From the NCBI RefSeq assembly GCF_037042905.1, contig NC_087261.1:29636001-29700000 (forward strand): a stretch of DNA of 64,000 nucleotides, in the 5' to 3' direction. Position 1 is the first letter of the stretch. Every line of letters begins with the position of its first letter. Origin of the DNA: Lytechinus pictus (taxonomy: Eukaryota). The notes below the pieces were generated by a model that ran no database searches, was not told where the DNA came from, and saw only the letters and a list, made by a program, of their open reading frames with translations. The position numbers were made by a program, and so were the translations under genes. Positions 14,438 through 26,382 of this stretch are shown in pieces.

Positions 14438-15230
14438 GAAGAGCTCACTTGCAAATGGGGTTAGGTCAATTTTTCATCAAATTTGATTTTTTGGTCTCAA
14501 TGTATAGATCTTTAGTACCTCTATAAGATGATACCAAAGAAAAGTTGAAATTCTCATTAAAAAGTGATCTAAAATGGCAAAGAAAAATCACTTTTTTTTT
14601 CGAAAGGGGTTAGGTCCATTTCAGTTTGGTTGCAAAAGGGGTTAGGTCCACACAGTATTTTTTTTTTAAAAGAATATTTAAAAAATATGAAGACAGGTAC
14701 AATTTATGTTCTAATGGTAGGGTATCATGAAAATTTAGTTTTGCATAAAAATATTGATATATGGGATAATAAAAAAAATATTTTCTTGGAGTGGACCTAA
14801 CCCCTTTTGAAAACAAACTATTCTGAAGAGCTAAGGGGTTAGGTCCATTGTTCATAACTTTTTATTGTTTTCTGTCTCAAAACCTCTAAATGTTTAGTCA
14901 TTCTGATGAAAACAATGAAAATTTGAAATTCACATGAAAACGTGAATAAAAGTGGCCCCCCCCCAAAAAAAAAATCGCCTTTTTAATCAAAATAGATTGG
15001 ATTCATTTCAGATTAGTTGCAAAAAGGGGTTAGGTCCACGATGATAATATTTAAAAGAATATATAGAAAAAAATTGAAGACAGGTAGATTTCTTTTATAC
15101 CCAATATTATGTTCACATGATATGGTAGTACATCATGACAATTTAGTAATGCAGTAAGTGAGAATAAAAAACATGGTTTTTCTCGGAATGGTAAAAAGTG
15201 GACCTAACCCCTTTTGCAACTTAATTCTTC
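14438..15230. mobile_element. Non-autonomous TIR element with 4-bp ATTT TSD (Sola-like)
   Basis: TIRs gaagagctcacttgcaaatggggttaggtc / gacctaaccccttttgcaacttaattcttc. attt at 14434-14437 and 15231-15234. Internal reiterated ggggttaggtcc motifs. Confidence 0.7.
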
Positions 15231-15322
15231 ATTTTTATCAATGTATTTAAAAAAAAAAAATTCTGGATTTGGACCGCATAAACATGAATTGAAATTACCA
15301 CCCCCCCCCAAAAAAAAAAAAA

Positions 15323-15369
15323 ATATATATATATATATATCTATAGAGAGAGAGAGAGAGAGAGAGAGA
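15323..15369. repeat. (AT)n(AG)n compound microsatellite
   Basis: Directly visible. Confidence 0.9.
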
Positions 15370-15722
15370 TAAATACAAAATATGACGTGTGATGAGCGAA
15401 CAGCATCACAAACTTACTAACACAATTAATATTTCTTGGACTATATGGCAAGTCTTTAAACCACAAGAAAAAAGGAGTAAGAAAACATTAAGAAGAATTA
15501 TATAAAATAAATAAATTGTTTAATTTAGTCAACTTTTGATCGCACACGGACTGTAACTTTTGTCTGCTTGGTCATAAAATATAAACTTGTAAAACTCGGC
15601 AGGTATGAAAAGCAGGAAATAAGATACATAGGGAATCAGAGAAAGTGGAGGAGAGAGTAAATGTGGGGGGGGGGGGGTATGTAGATAGGTAAAGATAAAG
15701 CGAAACAAAAATGGAGAGAATG

Positions 15723-15940
15723 CACTGTAAAAACTGTGGTGTTAAAACTGACACCAATTGGTGTTAATAGAGGACCACACCCTGAGGTGTTAAAATTACA
15801 CCCTAGAGATTAAACATAACACCAAAGAGTGTAAATGTAACAACAAAAGGTGTAAAACTAACACCACCAATTTAACACAGGTGTAAAATAACTGGTGTGG
15901 TCCTCTATGTACACCGGTTAACACCACAGTTTTAGCTGTG
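15723..15940. mobile_element. MITE with CAC...GTG termini and 2-bp TSD (CMC/EnSpm-like)
   Basis: cactgtaaaaactgtggtgttaa / ttaacaccacagttttagctgtg; inner IR agaggaccacacc / ggtgtggtcctct; tg on both flanks. Confidence 0.7.
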
Positions 15941-16321
15941 TGGGAGACAGAGATAGAGAAAGAGAGAACCGAAGTTCTAATAAACATAACTCTTAAGGAA
16001 AAGTGAAAATAAAAATATACCGCGGGAGTGACGATATGAAAATATGTAATAAAGTTAATAACAGGTACTTTATGAAATACGTATATTATTGATTTTGTTT
16101 ATCCTTGATATTTCGATTAAAATGCGAAAATAACGGGATAGCCTAATGATTTGTGATTGATTAAAATAATAAGTTATATTTGATATTCATCCTGATCATT
16201 AGTATGTTGATGCCACTATAAATATAGCTGAGTGGGTGAAGGCATACTAAGAGTATAATGATACAGCCTGTTTTCTTTATCATTGAAAAACATCTCATCT
16301 ATGAATTTAAATAAGATGATC

Positions 16322-17070
16322 AGAAAGTCAAAAGGGGCCTAAGCTTTCGATCCTAGCAGAATCTTCGTCGGAGGCAAAATGACAAACATATTAAGTGGAA
16401 CAACCATAATATAGACCACAGACAAGCTACAGCAACGCTAGAAACAAGGAGACAAAAGGGGCATTAGTGAGTAGAGAAGACCAATCAGGTTAGTGAAGGG
16501 GATGAAAGAAAAGGAGTAGGCAGACACAATGGGAAGTTAGTGTAAGGCCAATGAAAGACCTCAAGCCAAGATGGATTAAGATAAAGAGGCAGGCAACATC
16601 AAACAGGATCTGGAACAAAACAGTGATAGAGGGTATAAGAAAGAGATGAATAACAAGATAATTAGTGAGAGGTGGGTCAAACAGGTTGCAAAGAAAGGCA
16701 TAATAAAAATTACTGGTGCAAAAGAGTGGAGGGAAAAAAGGAAAAGAATGGAGAACAACTGATAATGTGCAAAAGACATTTAAGTATATGTGATAAAGCA
16801 TTAAACAAATTAAGAGAAGGTAAGTGTAAATATGCATCTATAAGTAATATGTATATAAATATATCCAAAAAAGAAATGTATATGAAAAAATATGAATATA
16901 CATATGGTGTAACTGATATAAGATAAATAAGATGATCAGTTGGACAAACAAAATATAATGTAAAAAGAAGGGGAAAACGTGACAATATAAATATATTGTT
17001 GTTTGCTCTACCATACAAGGCCAATAAATAAAGCGGTTATTTGATAAAGAATGAATGAGACATAACATGG
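16322..17070 (-). mobile_element. Probable Penelope-like retroelement terminal repeat remnant
   Basis: CT-rich minus-strand tract ending in a hammerhead motif. The far boundary is approximate and no RT sequence is recognised. Confidence 0.4.
16337..16375 (-). ncRNA. Minimal type I hammerhead ribozyme motif (Penelope-like element type), U4C variant
   Basis: Minus strand reads GCCU-CCGACGA-A-GAUUCU-GCU-AGGAUC-GAAA-GC-UU-AGGC: stem I GCCU/AGGC, core C(C)GAnGA, stem II, GAAA, palindromic minimal stem III. Confidence 0.6.
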
Positions 17071-17510
17071 CGAAAATCAGAACGGTTGTAAAAAGTCAAA
17101 ATCTTATTTCCTTGGAAATAGATGAATGGACATGAAAAATAGTTATGTAACCTTCTTCGACCTTTTTACGTTTTTCCCCCCTTTTTATTAAAGTAGTGAT
17201 GTATTGATTTCTGTAGTGAATAACCGAAAAAAAAAAAGAAGAAAGAAAAAGCGAGTGCGTAAAGGTCTCGTGTTCAAGATTATATCTCCGTTCGTGTCAT
17301 CAAGACATCTCATTGAGCAATTGAGTTACTAGAGACACAAGACGAAGCCATTCGAAGTTATTGCAAAAGCAACGTATTTCAGGTTTCAGGTCATGTCTTG
17401 AGAGCAAAAATTTGATTATTGCAAACTGGTGAATAAACTGTTCTGTAAGGCAATTTCTTTGAACAACTACCCTTTGCTCTGATAAATATCAGTGCAGAAG
17501 CAGGTGAAAG

Positions 17511-18719
17511 ATGGGAAAAATTATTTGCTCTATTCTGCTCCTCTTTTTAAAGAGCTACGTTGGAAAAACTTTTTCTGACAGTGACGTTGGGCAGGAATGG
17601 ATAGATTGGATGCATAACAGTTCTATGAATACTTATACTGCGATTTGGACAGAGCAAACCATCGAAGGATCGGTTCAAGATTCAACGAATGACTCTCAGG
17701 ATTATTCTCTTATTGAATCCACGGAAGAGAATGGGGATAAGAATGTCGCATCGCCTACTTCGATGTCCTGGCTTTGGCAACCGATAACCTGGTCCTGGTG
17801 GGTCATTTTACAGATGACAACTGCACTTTTTGGTATCGTTGGCAACTCTCTTGTCATCATAATCATTTTCCAAAGACGAAAGAAGAGTAGATCCACGGAC
17901 ACACTGGTTGGTGCCCTGGCAGTTGCCGATCTTATCACGTCGATCTTTATGGTGCCACTGCCACCAACAAATCGAGTACCTTCAACTGCACTCGGCAAGT
18001 TTTACTGCAAGGTAGTGTACACATCAATGTTCATGTGGGTTTCGGTTACTGCATCTATTTTTACACTCACCTTCATACCCATTGAACGCTATATTGCCGT
18101 GGTGTACCCATTCCGTTTCAAAGAACTTCTAGCTCCAAGACGAATCTCAATTGCCATAATCTGCCTCTGGTTCACCGCTTTCATGTTAAATTCGTTCCTG
18201 TTTTTCATCTCGACTGTTGACCCATCTGCGGCGCAGTGCAGAGTGATTTATCCCAGAAGGTTCCAGATTGCCATGGGTGTGTTCCTCAACCTGATTGGGT
18301 TCTTCTTTCCAGCAATCCTGACAATAACCTTTCAAGTCCTTACAGCACATGCATTGCATCGCCAGGCACGACTTCAACTAGGTGAAGCGAAACAGCTTGA
18401 CAGATCCAATCCTTCAACCCGACATCTCATCGCCAAGAATCGCGTCCTGCATACACTATTCATCGTAGTTTTGATCTTTCTGATCTGTTGGGGGCCTGCT
18501 CATATAGTCTACCTTGCTTTTAACCTAGGATTCATTCCAGATTCATACCCTTATAGCCCGTTTAACCACGCTCTTGCAACCCTAGGGTTCTGCAACTCAT
18601 GCGCCAACCCTATCATCTATACTGTTCGCTACCCTGAATTCCGTACTGCTGTGCGAGAGCTTTTCACCAGAGCTCAGCTCGCAGAGGCTCCACTATTTGG
18701 AGATAGGGAAACCAAGTAA
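17511..18719 (+). CDS. Intact intronless class A GPCR (galanin/allatostatin-receptor-like, lineage-expanded type), 402 aa
   Basis: Seven hydrophobic segments; GN (TM1), LAVAD (TM2), YC before TM3, ERY, CWGP (TM6), NSCANPIIY (TM7), FR in helix 8. Confidence 0.95.
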   Translation: MGKIICSILLLFLKSYVGKTFSDSDVGQEWIDWMHNSSMNTYTAIWTEQTIEGSVQDSTNDSQDYSLIESTEENGDKNVASPTSMSWLWQPITWSWWVILQMTTALFGIVGNSLVIIIIFQRRKKSRSTDTLVGALAVADLITSIFMVPLPPTNRVPSTALGKFYCKVVYTSMFMWVSVTASIFTLTFIPIERYIAVVYPFRFKELLAPRRISIAIICLWFTAFMLNSFLFFISTVDPSAAQCRVIYPRRFQIAMGVFLNLIGFFFPAILTITFQVLTAHALHRQARLQLGEAKQLDRSNPSTRHLIAKNRVLHTLFIVVLIFLICWGPAHIVYLAFNLGFIPDSYPYSPFNHALATLGFCNSCANPIIYTVRYPEFRTAVRELFTRAQLAEAPLFGDRETK

Positions 18720-18959
18720 CACTTTGAATGAAGCAATTCATTGCCTTTATTATGTTTCGCTTTTTAGGCTGGCACGTACGTGCCAGTGATGATTAATGAT
18801 AAATATATGCAATAGTAAATATTTCACTTTGTCAAGGAAATGACACTGTTTATTTCAATTTAATTTCGTTACAGCGTACTAAAATGTATACTGTTAAATG
18901 AATGGGGTGTCTGTAAATTAAGTGGAAGATATTGTCAAGTGGTGAGACTATACGAATGG

Positions 18960-21492
18960 CAGTGGGGCACGTATCTCTCCTCCCCCTAACCCGTCCACTG
19001 GCAAAAAAAAAACAGGGGAAAGAGGGGGAAAGAAAGAGAAACGTGATGGGACAATAATAACTTTCTGTGTACTATATTATATCATATATAAATTATATAT
19101 ATATACAGTGCGTATAAAAAAAACGGGACATATTTGAAAAGTCTATAAAAATTTTGTTTCAAATAGTGATGTCTATATTTTGGTGTTAATAGATGCTCTA
19201 AGGTCTTATCTTTGAAATGCAATTAAACAAGATAAATTTTGTTCATGCTTGAGCGAACACGGGACGTTTTTGTTTGGGGTTCAACAAGAGGCTTGCGCCA
19301 GAATTGCAGAATATGAGTAATATGATGATCAGACTTCTTGCTAATCGGGAGACTTCCTCTTGACCTTTTCATTATCTATGCCACAATTTTCGAATTATGC
19401 TGTCAAATTTCATTTACAAATTTATTTATTTAATTGATATTTTGTTTTTTTCATTTAAACTTCTCTTACCTTTTAATTTTCCTTCATAAGTAACTGAGAA
19501 AAGAAGATTTTTTGTCAACCCAAGCAAAAAGATTTGAATTATTAATTGGGAAAACTTGTGATTATTCAAATCCTTTTATTATGTGAAACAAATTATGTTA
19601 TGTACCTTTAAAAGACATGAATCTTTTTTTTCTAGGGGTCATTAATTCCTTGACTTAGTTTATTTGCTTGACAGTAAACACAGGAAGGGATTCATGTCTT
19701 TCAATGACAATTGTGTATTGAGTCAATTTTGAAGGAGCTAGATATGGCAGATCGGGTAAAATGTATTAAAAAGTTGTGAGCGAGCGAAGTGAGAACGCAA
19801 AAATTCCCACTTTTTTATTACAATATTAAATTTTGTGATAGATTTTGACATAATATTCAGAAAATAACACATTTTACTTTCTTTCTTTCCTTTTATTTCC
19901 TGTCCACTCTTTTTCTTGGTCATGATTTTTTTTTTATTGAGGGGGGGGGGGAGCATCCCGAGCGCCCGCCCATCTGTGTGGCACTGTTCAAAAGGCACCA
20001 TAACCTTTGTAGCACTCAATGAAAGGATTTGAATAAAAAAATCCATGCTTTCCCATGATTCGGCTGAAACAAAATTGTTTTAGCTTGAAGAAGGAATATT
20101 CAAAGCTAACAGAGAGCATATTAAAAAGAAACATAATAATTCAAGCAAATAAATAGATCTGAAAATGGATTTTGACCGCATGATTTGAAAATCATGGCAA
20201 AGATAATGAAAAGGTTAAGAGGAAGTCTGCTAATTAGCAAGAAGTCCGATCATCATATTTATAATTTTATGCCATTTTGGCGCAAGCCTCCTGTTTAACC
20301 CCAGACAAAAACATTCCGTGTTTGCCCAAGCATGAACGAAACTAAATTGTTTCAATAGCATTTGAAAGATAAGACCTTAGAGCACCTATTAACACCAAAA
20401 TATAGACACCATAATTTGAAATTTTTTTTTTAGACTTTTCAAATCGGTTTTTTTTATACGCACTGTATATACATTGTTTAATAACTTCATGAACCATAAT
20501 TCGCTTAGGGCTTATGTGTTCATCACTCCTGGTGCTCACAATATCTGTTTAATGTAATTAATAATCTTGTTCAAGGGGATTAAACGGCACACGCCATATT
20601 CAAGTCAAATTACACCAAATATATTTCCTCACACTTTAAGTTTTTAATCATTCTATGTAGTGACAAATGTTTCTTTTCATGACTACTTTAAAAAGTGATT
20701 ACCCCTTTTAAGGTCTGAATATAAAAAAATTCCAGTCCGTGCTTACGTTCGCCTTAGTAGACTGGTGAAATATATCTGCTCTTCATGAATTCCTTAAAAA
20801 GTCCTAAAATGTCCCCTTTTCCTTTCAAAAAAAAAAAATTACAGCTTGCGCTTCGCGCTCGCAACATTAAGTTAGTGCAATACGTATGGGCTTAACAAGT
20901 TTCATCATCCAACAAACAAGTCTTTGAATGTCCCCTGCAGGTCTGAATGTTAACATTTTTAGCTCACGTATTGCGCTCACATTATTTGATACGTATCATG
21001 TTCATGATTACAATGACTGCAAAAAGTGATTCATGTCTTTAGGTGGAATTCTAAAAAAAAAAATCAGCCTGCGCTTTGCGCCCGCATTAATTTACTCTGG
21101 TTAGATATGTATGCTCTTCATGAAGTCCTCAAAAATGTCCTTAACATTTCCCTGTTTAGGCCAATAAAAACAAAAACCCCTGCTCGCGCTTCGCGCTTGC
21201 ATTGTTTGTTTAGTGAGAAAGGTACGTATCATGATTACAAATATTTGCTTGTAATGTCCCTTTTTAAGGTCTGAATATAAAAAAAAATTAGCTCGCGCTT
21301 CGTGTTTGCGTTTAATTTTTTTGATCGGTGATATACATATCCGTTTAATGGCACAGTCCTTTAAATCCTTTTTTTTTAAGTTCAGTATACGTGGCAATTG
21401 AGCGCACTTCGCGCGCCCACTAAATGACTCAAACTTTTTGCTGTCCCCCCCCCCCCCCCCACCCCGATGCCGTGACCCACGGTACGCCACTG
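18960..21492. mobile_element. Composite non-autonomous element with cagtgg...ccactg ends and internal gctcgcgcttcgcgctcgc repeats
   Basis: cagtggggcacgt at 18960 and ggtacgccactg at 21481-21492. Periodic GC hairpin motifs at 20740-21420. Interrupted by 19106-20465. Confidence 0.5.
19106..20465. mobile_element. Tc1/mariner-like non-autonomous element with ~320 bp TIRs
   Basis: ta|cagtgcgtataaaaaaaacg ... ttttttttatacgcactg|ta. Long inverted arms (gaggcttgcgcca / tggcgcaagcctc; acttcttgctaat / attagcaagaagt). Confidence 0.85.
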
Positions 21493-21765
21493 GTCAGTGA
21501 AGTTCATTGACAAAATCTAGCTCCAAGAGATGGACAATTTTTACCTTACAGTTAATTTTCATCAATGAAGGTTACTTATCCTTTTATGTTACCTTGCCTG
21601 CATTTAACCATCAAGAGAGTGACCTGGAAAGCTACGCCGTATAATAATTTATAAAAAAGGGAACAAGAAGAAGTTTATTTTGTGAACTGTTTAATCATGA
21701 GGCTTCGTTTACGTACAGCGGAGTGACAGTTCTGGAAATAGCATATACAGCAAATACAACTGATA

Positions 21766-22512
21766 AATGAGCGAGAGCAACGTTTTATTTGTCTGTTGTA
21801 TAATTATTGGCGTTCGATAAATCAAGTGAGGTCTAAAATGAAACGTGGGTCTACTGTGAATACCAACTAGTCTCGCGGCCCTGATAATCGGTCAGATGCA
21901 TAAAAAGTTGTAATTGTTGGAAAGCAATTGCTTCAAGCACAATCAATTGCTAGCTAAGCAAAATATCATAGAAATGGCTTTATTTCGTATGCATAACCCA
22001 TTGTTTGTGCTTAAACACGTTTCTTGACTTCAAAAAAGGAATGGCAAGCGGGTTGAACAATAGCGCCATCACACGACTCACAAAACCAAGGATGGATTCA
22101 AATGCAGTGGTGAGGTAGTGGAAAATTCCGCTTCTTTCATGTAACAAGTTTTTCTTAGCTGTGATGTCAAATTATTCATTTAATTGTTAATTTGTTTTGA
22201 ATTGATACATTTATGTGATTTACATCAGGTCTGCACTTACTAGGAGGAAAATATATTCATGTAGGTTTATGTACACCTTGGAGTTCTCTCTCAGGTGCAT
22301 AGACGTGATTATGAAACGCGAACGCCCTAATCAAGCAAACGCTCAAGCTGCTCTGACAGAGCTTGACAAAAGCCAAAGAAAAGCTGAAACGCACAAGCAA
22401 AATGTTTGCTTTATGCAGAGGCTTTAAAGCAATAGCTTAATCGTCAAGCAATTGCTATCAGGCAGTTAGCAATTGCTTGAGCTTACTAGAAAAAGCATTT
22501 GCTCGCTCATTT
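21766..22512. mobile_element. Possible MITE
   Basis: Inverted ends aaatgagcgagagcaa / ttgctcgctcattt; internal agcaattgct motifs. Confidence 0.4.
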
Positions 22513-22577
22513 GTATGTATACAATGTACGGAATGAAAGCAAAGGCCAGGCAAATACCTAGCAAAAGCGAATGCTAG

Positions 22578-22745
22578 TTTTTATGTATCTGACCCAGTGG
22601 CGTAATTTTGCTCACAGACGTAGAGGGGTTTTATTTTTTATGTATCTGACCCAGTGGCGTAATTTTGCTCACAGATGTAGAGGGGTTTTATTTTTTATGT
22701 ATCTGACCCAGTGGCGTAATTTTGCTCACAGACGTAGAGGGGCTT
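22578..22745 (+). repeat. 57-bp tandem repeat, ~3 copies
   Basis: gacccagtggcgtaattttgctcacagacgtagagggg starts at 22591, 22648 and 22705. Confidence 0.9.
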
Positions 22746-22872
22746 TAGCGACATGAGTGGGTTTTGGAAGCAACGTCCGATGGGCTCGATGAAAAAAAAA
22801 ACTGTGGTAACGATCACAAAATGAGTTCGAACAAATCCAATAAAATGATAACCCAAGTTTTGTGTGTATGAA

Positions 22873-23720
22873 CAGGGGCGGATCCAGCTTTCGCCAATGG
22901 GGGGGGGGGGCGAAAAATATTTTCATCAACATTTTTCTCGATTTGCCGCTATAATCTGATTTATTGTTGGTTTTCAGGGGGTAGTCCTAACTAAAGACTG
23001 AATTTTTAAGAATATGTTAGTTTTTATTGTTATAAACAAAATAAGGTATCTCATGTGGTCTTAATATATAATGCGAGCGCGAAGCGCGAGCTCAAATTAT
23101 TTGATATTTTATTTCCTTAGACCTGAAGATTCTGAGGAGATTTTATAATCATGAAAAAGATAAGTACCCAACTAAACAATGCGAACGCGAAGCGCGAGTC
23201 GAAATTTTATTATAGTAACGTGAAAAGGGACTCAATTAGGACTGCTCTTTAGTGATTAATGAAGAGGGTACAAGTATCACCCATTAAATAATGAGAGTGC
23301 GAAGCGCGAGCTCAAAATTTTTGATATTCCGACCTGAAAATTTGACAATCTAAGCGCGTTTTTATTTAAATAAAGAACAAGTTGTGCGTTCACAAACAAT
23401 TACATGCGAGTGCGAAACACAAGCTTAATTTGTTGATATACTGACATGATAAAGGGGCATTTTGACAAATTTTGGTAAGAATTTTCAAAGAGGATGGGTA
23501 ACTCACAAATCAAACAATGCGAGCGCGCAGCGCGAGCCGAAAATCTTGATAAACAATTTGTTTAAATCAAACAAAATAATGAAAGCTTGATGTGCGAGCT
23601 AAAATATTGTGTGTAAATTGATTTCAGAACTGGATATATAAGTGTCATTGATCCTCTTGAATGGGATTTATTACACAAGCAATGCGAGCGCGAAGCGCGA
23701 GCGAATTTTAATTCGCCAAG
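22873..23720 (+). mobile_element. Non-autonomous element (caggggcggatcc terminus) with ~112-bp internal repeats
   Basis: aatgcgagcgcgaagcgcgagc variants at 23073, 23181, 23293, 23406, 23519 and 23684. Confidence 0.65.
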
Positions 23721-23974
23721 ATGCACTGATACGAAGTAGTAGTAGCTGTCGGATAAAACCATTTCATAAAACGCTCCCTAGCGTAAAATATCGGCAATTT
23801 CGCTGTTTAGGGCGCGCACGATCCCAATGGCCGGAGGACGCAAAACCTATGCATAAAGGATACAGAGTACAAGCAAAATTTCGGGGGTACTTCAATCCGT
23901 TTTCATCCGCTCCAGAAAATCGGCAACAACGGTAAAGAATTAACTCACAGTCGACGGATGCTCGATGGATATAC

Positions 23975-24180
23975 AGTGCGTATCAAAAAAAGTTTACCCT
24001 TGGAAAAAATCCTGTAAAGTTATACATTTGTAATATCCTGAATTTTTTTTTACGTTTTAACATTGGAAGAGATCCATTTAAGCAAATGACGATATAACTG
24101 TCGAAAAATATTTCCGCTTGAGTGAGCACCACTTAATTTTGAAAAGTTAGTGAAAAATGATTTGCGCAGAGCTTTGAAAT
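23975..24180 (+). mobile_element. Truncated Tc1/mariner-like end directly upstream of a GPCR pseudogene
   Basis: ta|cagtgcgtatcaaaaaaagttta resembles the terminus at 19106; no matching right end seen. Confidence 0.5.
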
Positions 24181-24324
24181 AGGAGAATAAAGAATAAGAG
24201 AAAGAGAATGATAAAATAAGATCAAGCTTGCTAAATGCTAATTTACTTTATCTTAACCTTGCCATCGACGTATAATGCGTATTGTGTCTCGATTGAATTG
24301 TTTGGCACTAGTGGGTTATAACCC

Positions 24325-25316
24325 ATGTTAGTGGTGATGAATATCCGTCAGGTCTCGGAAAAGAAGATTCCACCATGATGACCGATAGATGGCTCTGGGT
24401 ACCTATAAAATGGAACTGGTGAACAATCGTACAAATGGCTACGGCAGTCGTAGGGATTCTTGGCAACCTTCTCGTAATCGTTCTGCTTTTCCAGCGCCGT
24501 AAGCAAAGCATGGCCACAGACACACTTATAGGAGACCTGGCTACCGCAGATTTCGTCACATCGCTCTTCATGATACCACTTCCAACTGCTGCACGTGTAC
24601 CAGTGACGGCGAAATATACTGCAGGCTGATTTTTAGCAAATTCCTCTTTTCTTCAACTGTTGCATCTATCATGGCACTTACGAGTATTGCTATTGAAAGA
24701 TACATCGCAGTTCTCTCCCTGAGGAGAATCCGAACAGCCATTGTCTTGACATGGGTTCTTGGCGCAACGTTGCATTCGCCTTTCTTATACACCAACTTTC
24801 TATATCCTAAACATAAATGTGATTGGGAATTTCCGTCGAAAGAAGTACAAGTTCTAATAGGCGTCGTCCACTTCACAGTTTTTCATCCCCATGATTGTGA
24901 GTCTCACTATGCATGGGCTAACAGCACGTACCTTGCACCGTAAAGCAAATCTTTACCTCGGTGAGAACAAAACTCCTGATGCAAAATCCATCCCTCCGTC
25001 ATGTCCTCGCCAAGAAGCGCGTTCTCCAAACGCTATTCTTAGTGATAATGTTCTTCAACATATGTTGGGGGTCTATCCAAGTTGGTTTTTATTCTGTTTG
25101 ATCTCGGAATTATATCAATGACCTTCGACGGTAGTACTATACAGCATATTTCATCATATTGGCGTTGTGGAACTCATGTGCGAACCCATTCATTCACGCA
25201 ATTCGCTATCCAGAATTCCGAAAAGTTATACGGGAGCTCTTCAATCCGAATCGGAACGATCTTTGTTCGGTGACAGAGGCGTAAGCTCATCACCGTTCAC
25301 AACAAATGTGTTGTAG
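24325..25316 (+). pseudogene. GPCR pseudogene, paralogue of 27207-28258
   Basis: High nucleotide similarity to the paralogues. TGA at 24420-24422 replaces Trp; several deletions and frameshifts. Fragments GILGNLLV, LATADF, IERYIAV are retained. Confidence 0.92.
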
Positions 25317-25867
25317 ATAAATGTACTTTCAAACGTTATTTCTTAATCACACATGGACTTTTGCTAATACGTTTGATTTTAAGATATTGTCTTTGCCACG
25401 ATGAATCGAATTGATCAGAGGGCGCTATGCCAGTTTATGTTGATCACGGAATCTTTGTATACAAAACAATACAGCTGCTGTCCCTGGATATCAAATCTCT
25501 TTCACGAGTTAAATGCTACTGTGTTTCCTCTAAAATGTCCCTGGATATTAAATCCCTTTTCACATGTTAGATGCTCTGTGTTTCCTCTAAAATGTTGAGA
25601 ACGTGTAAACACATTTTGTGCTAATGGAAATGTAAACGTGAATGTTCCGAAGGTAATTAACTATTCCCGGTGGCTTCCGACATTCTTTCGAGGCCATAAT
25701 CCCCGCCTCTTCTCCTTGGATCTAAATTTCGCTCATTGGTTAAGGCTAAAGAGCGTGTTGTCATTTTGACAGTGCGCGGCTCCCCTGGTTTTTAGAATAG
25801 GAGCTCTGATCGGACACTCTCTATGTTCTCTGATTGGGTATATGTAACTGACTGTGTGATTGGTAAT

Positions 25868-26382
25868 TTAAAGGGATAAATAGAGTAAAATTCACAAAGC
25901 AAAATGCTAAAAATTTGATCAAAATCGGATAACAAATACAGAGATTATGGAATCTTAAAGATTTACATTATTCCGGTGAAACAGTTCTGGGCATGTATTT
26001 ATGAATATTCATTGTGTTTGCTTATGATATCATATCACCACTTGTTCTTTTTTATTTTAGTATCTCAAATTAGGTTTATTCATTTTTTTTTATACCAAGA
26101 ACTAAAACAATTCGATTGATTACTGATTAAGTGCACTAGTTATTTACTGCCGCAACTTATTTCATCATGATGGAGACACATCATTTAAACATGTATGAAC
26201 AATGAAACATTTATGATTTCATGTAATAACGTAAGAAAAAGAAAAGTGGGGATGTTACATCACTAGCCCATCTAATGTATATTCATGATGATGTGCAAAA
26301 TATTGATAAAATTCAAAATTCAATAACTTCGTTATTTGTTATCCGATTTTGATGAAATTTTAAGCATTTTGCTCTGTGAATT
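25868..26382. mobile_element. Kolobok-like element related to 2461-3062, inside an older inverted-repeat element (~25670-26420)
   Basis: ttaaaggga start; arms aaaatgctaaaaatttgatcaaaatcggataac / gttatccgattttgatgaaattttaagcatttt; outer IR tccgacattct / agaatgtcgga. Confidence 0.6.

Noticed and set aside
16490-17068. Hydrophobic ORFs on the minus strand as membrane proteins
   Set aside because: Low-complexity CT/AT-rich repeat sequence with overlapping ORFs in several frames and no motifs.
17511-18719. Assigning a gene symbol such as GALR or AstA-R
   Set aside because: Only general class A peptide-receptor-like motifs are visible; orthology cannot be established without a phylogeny.
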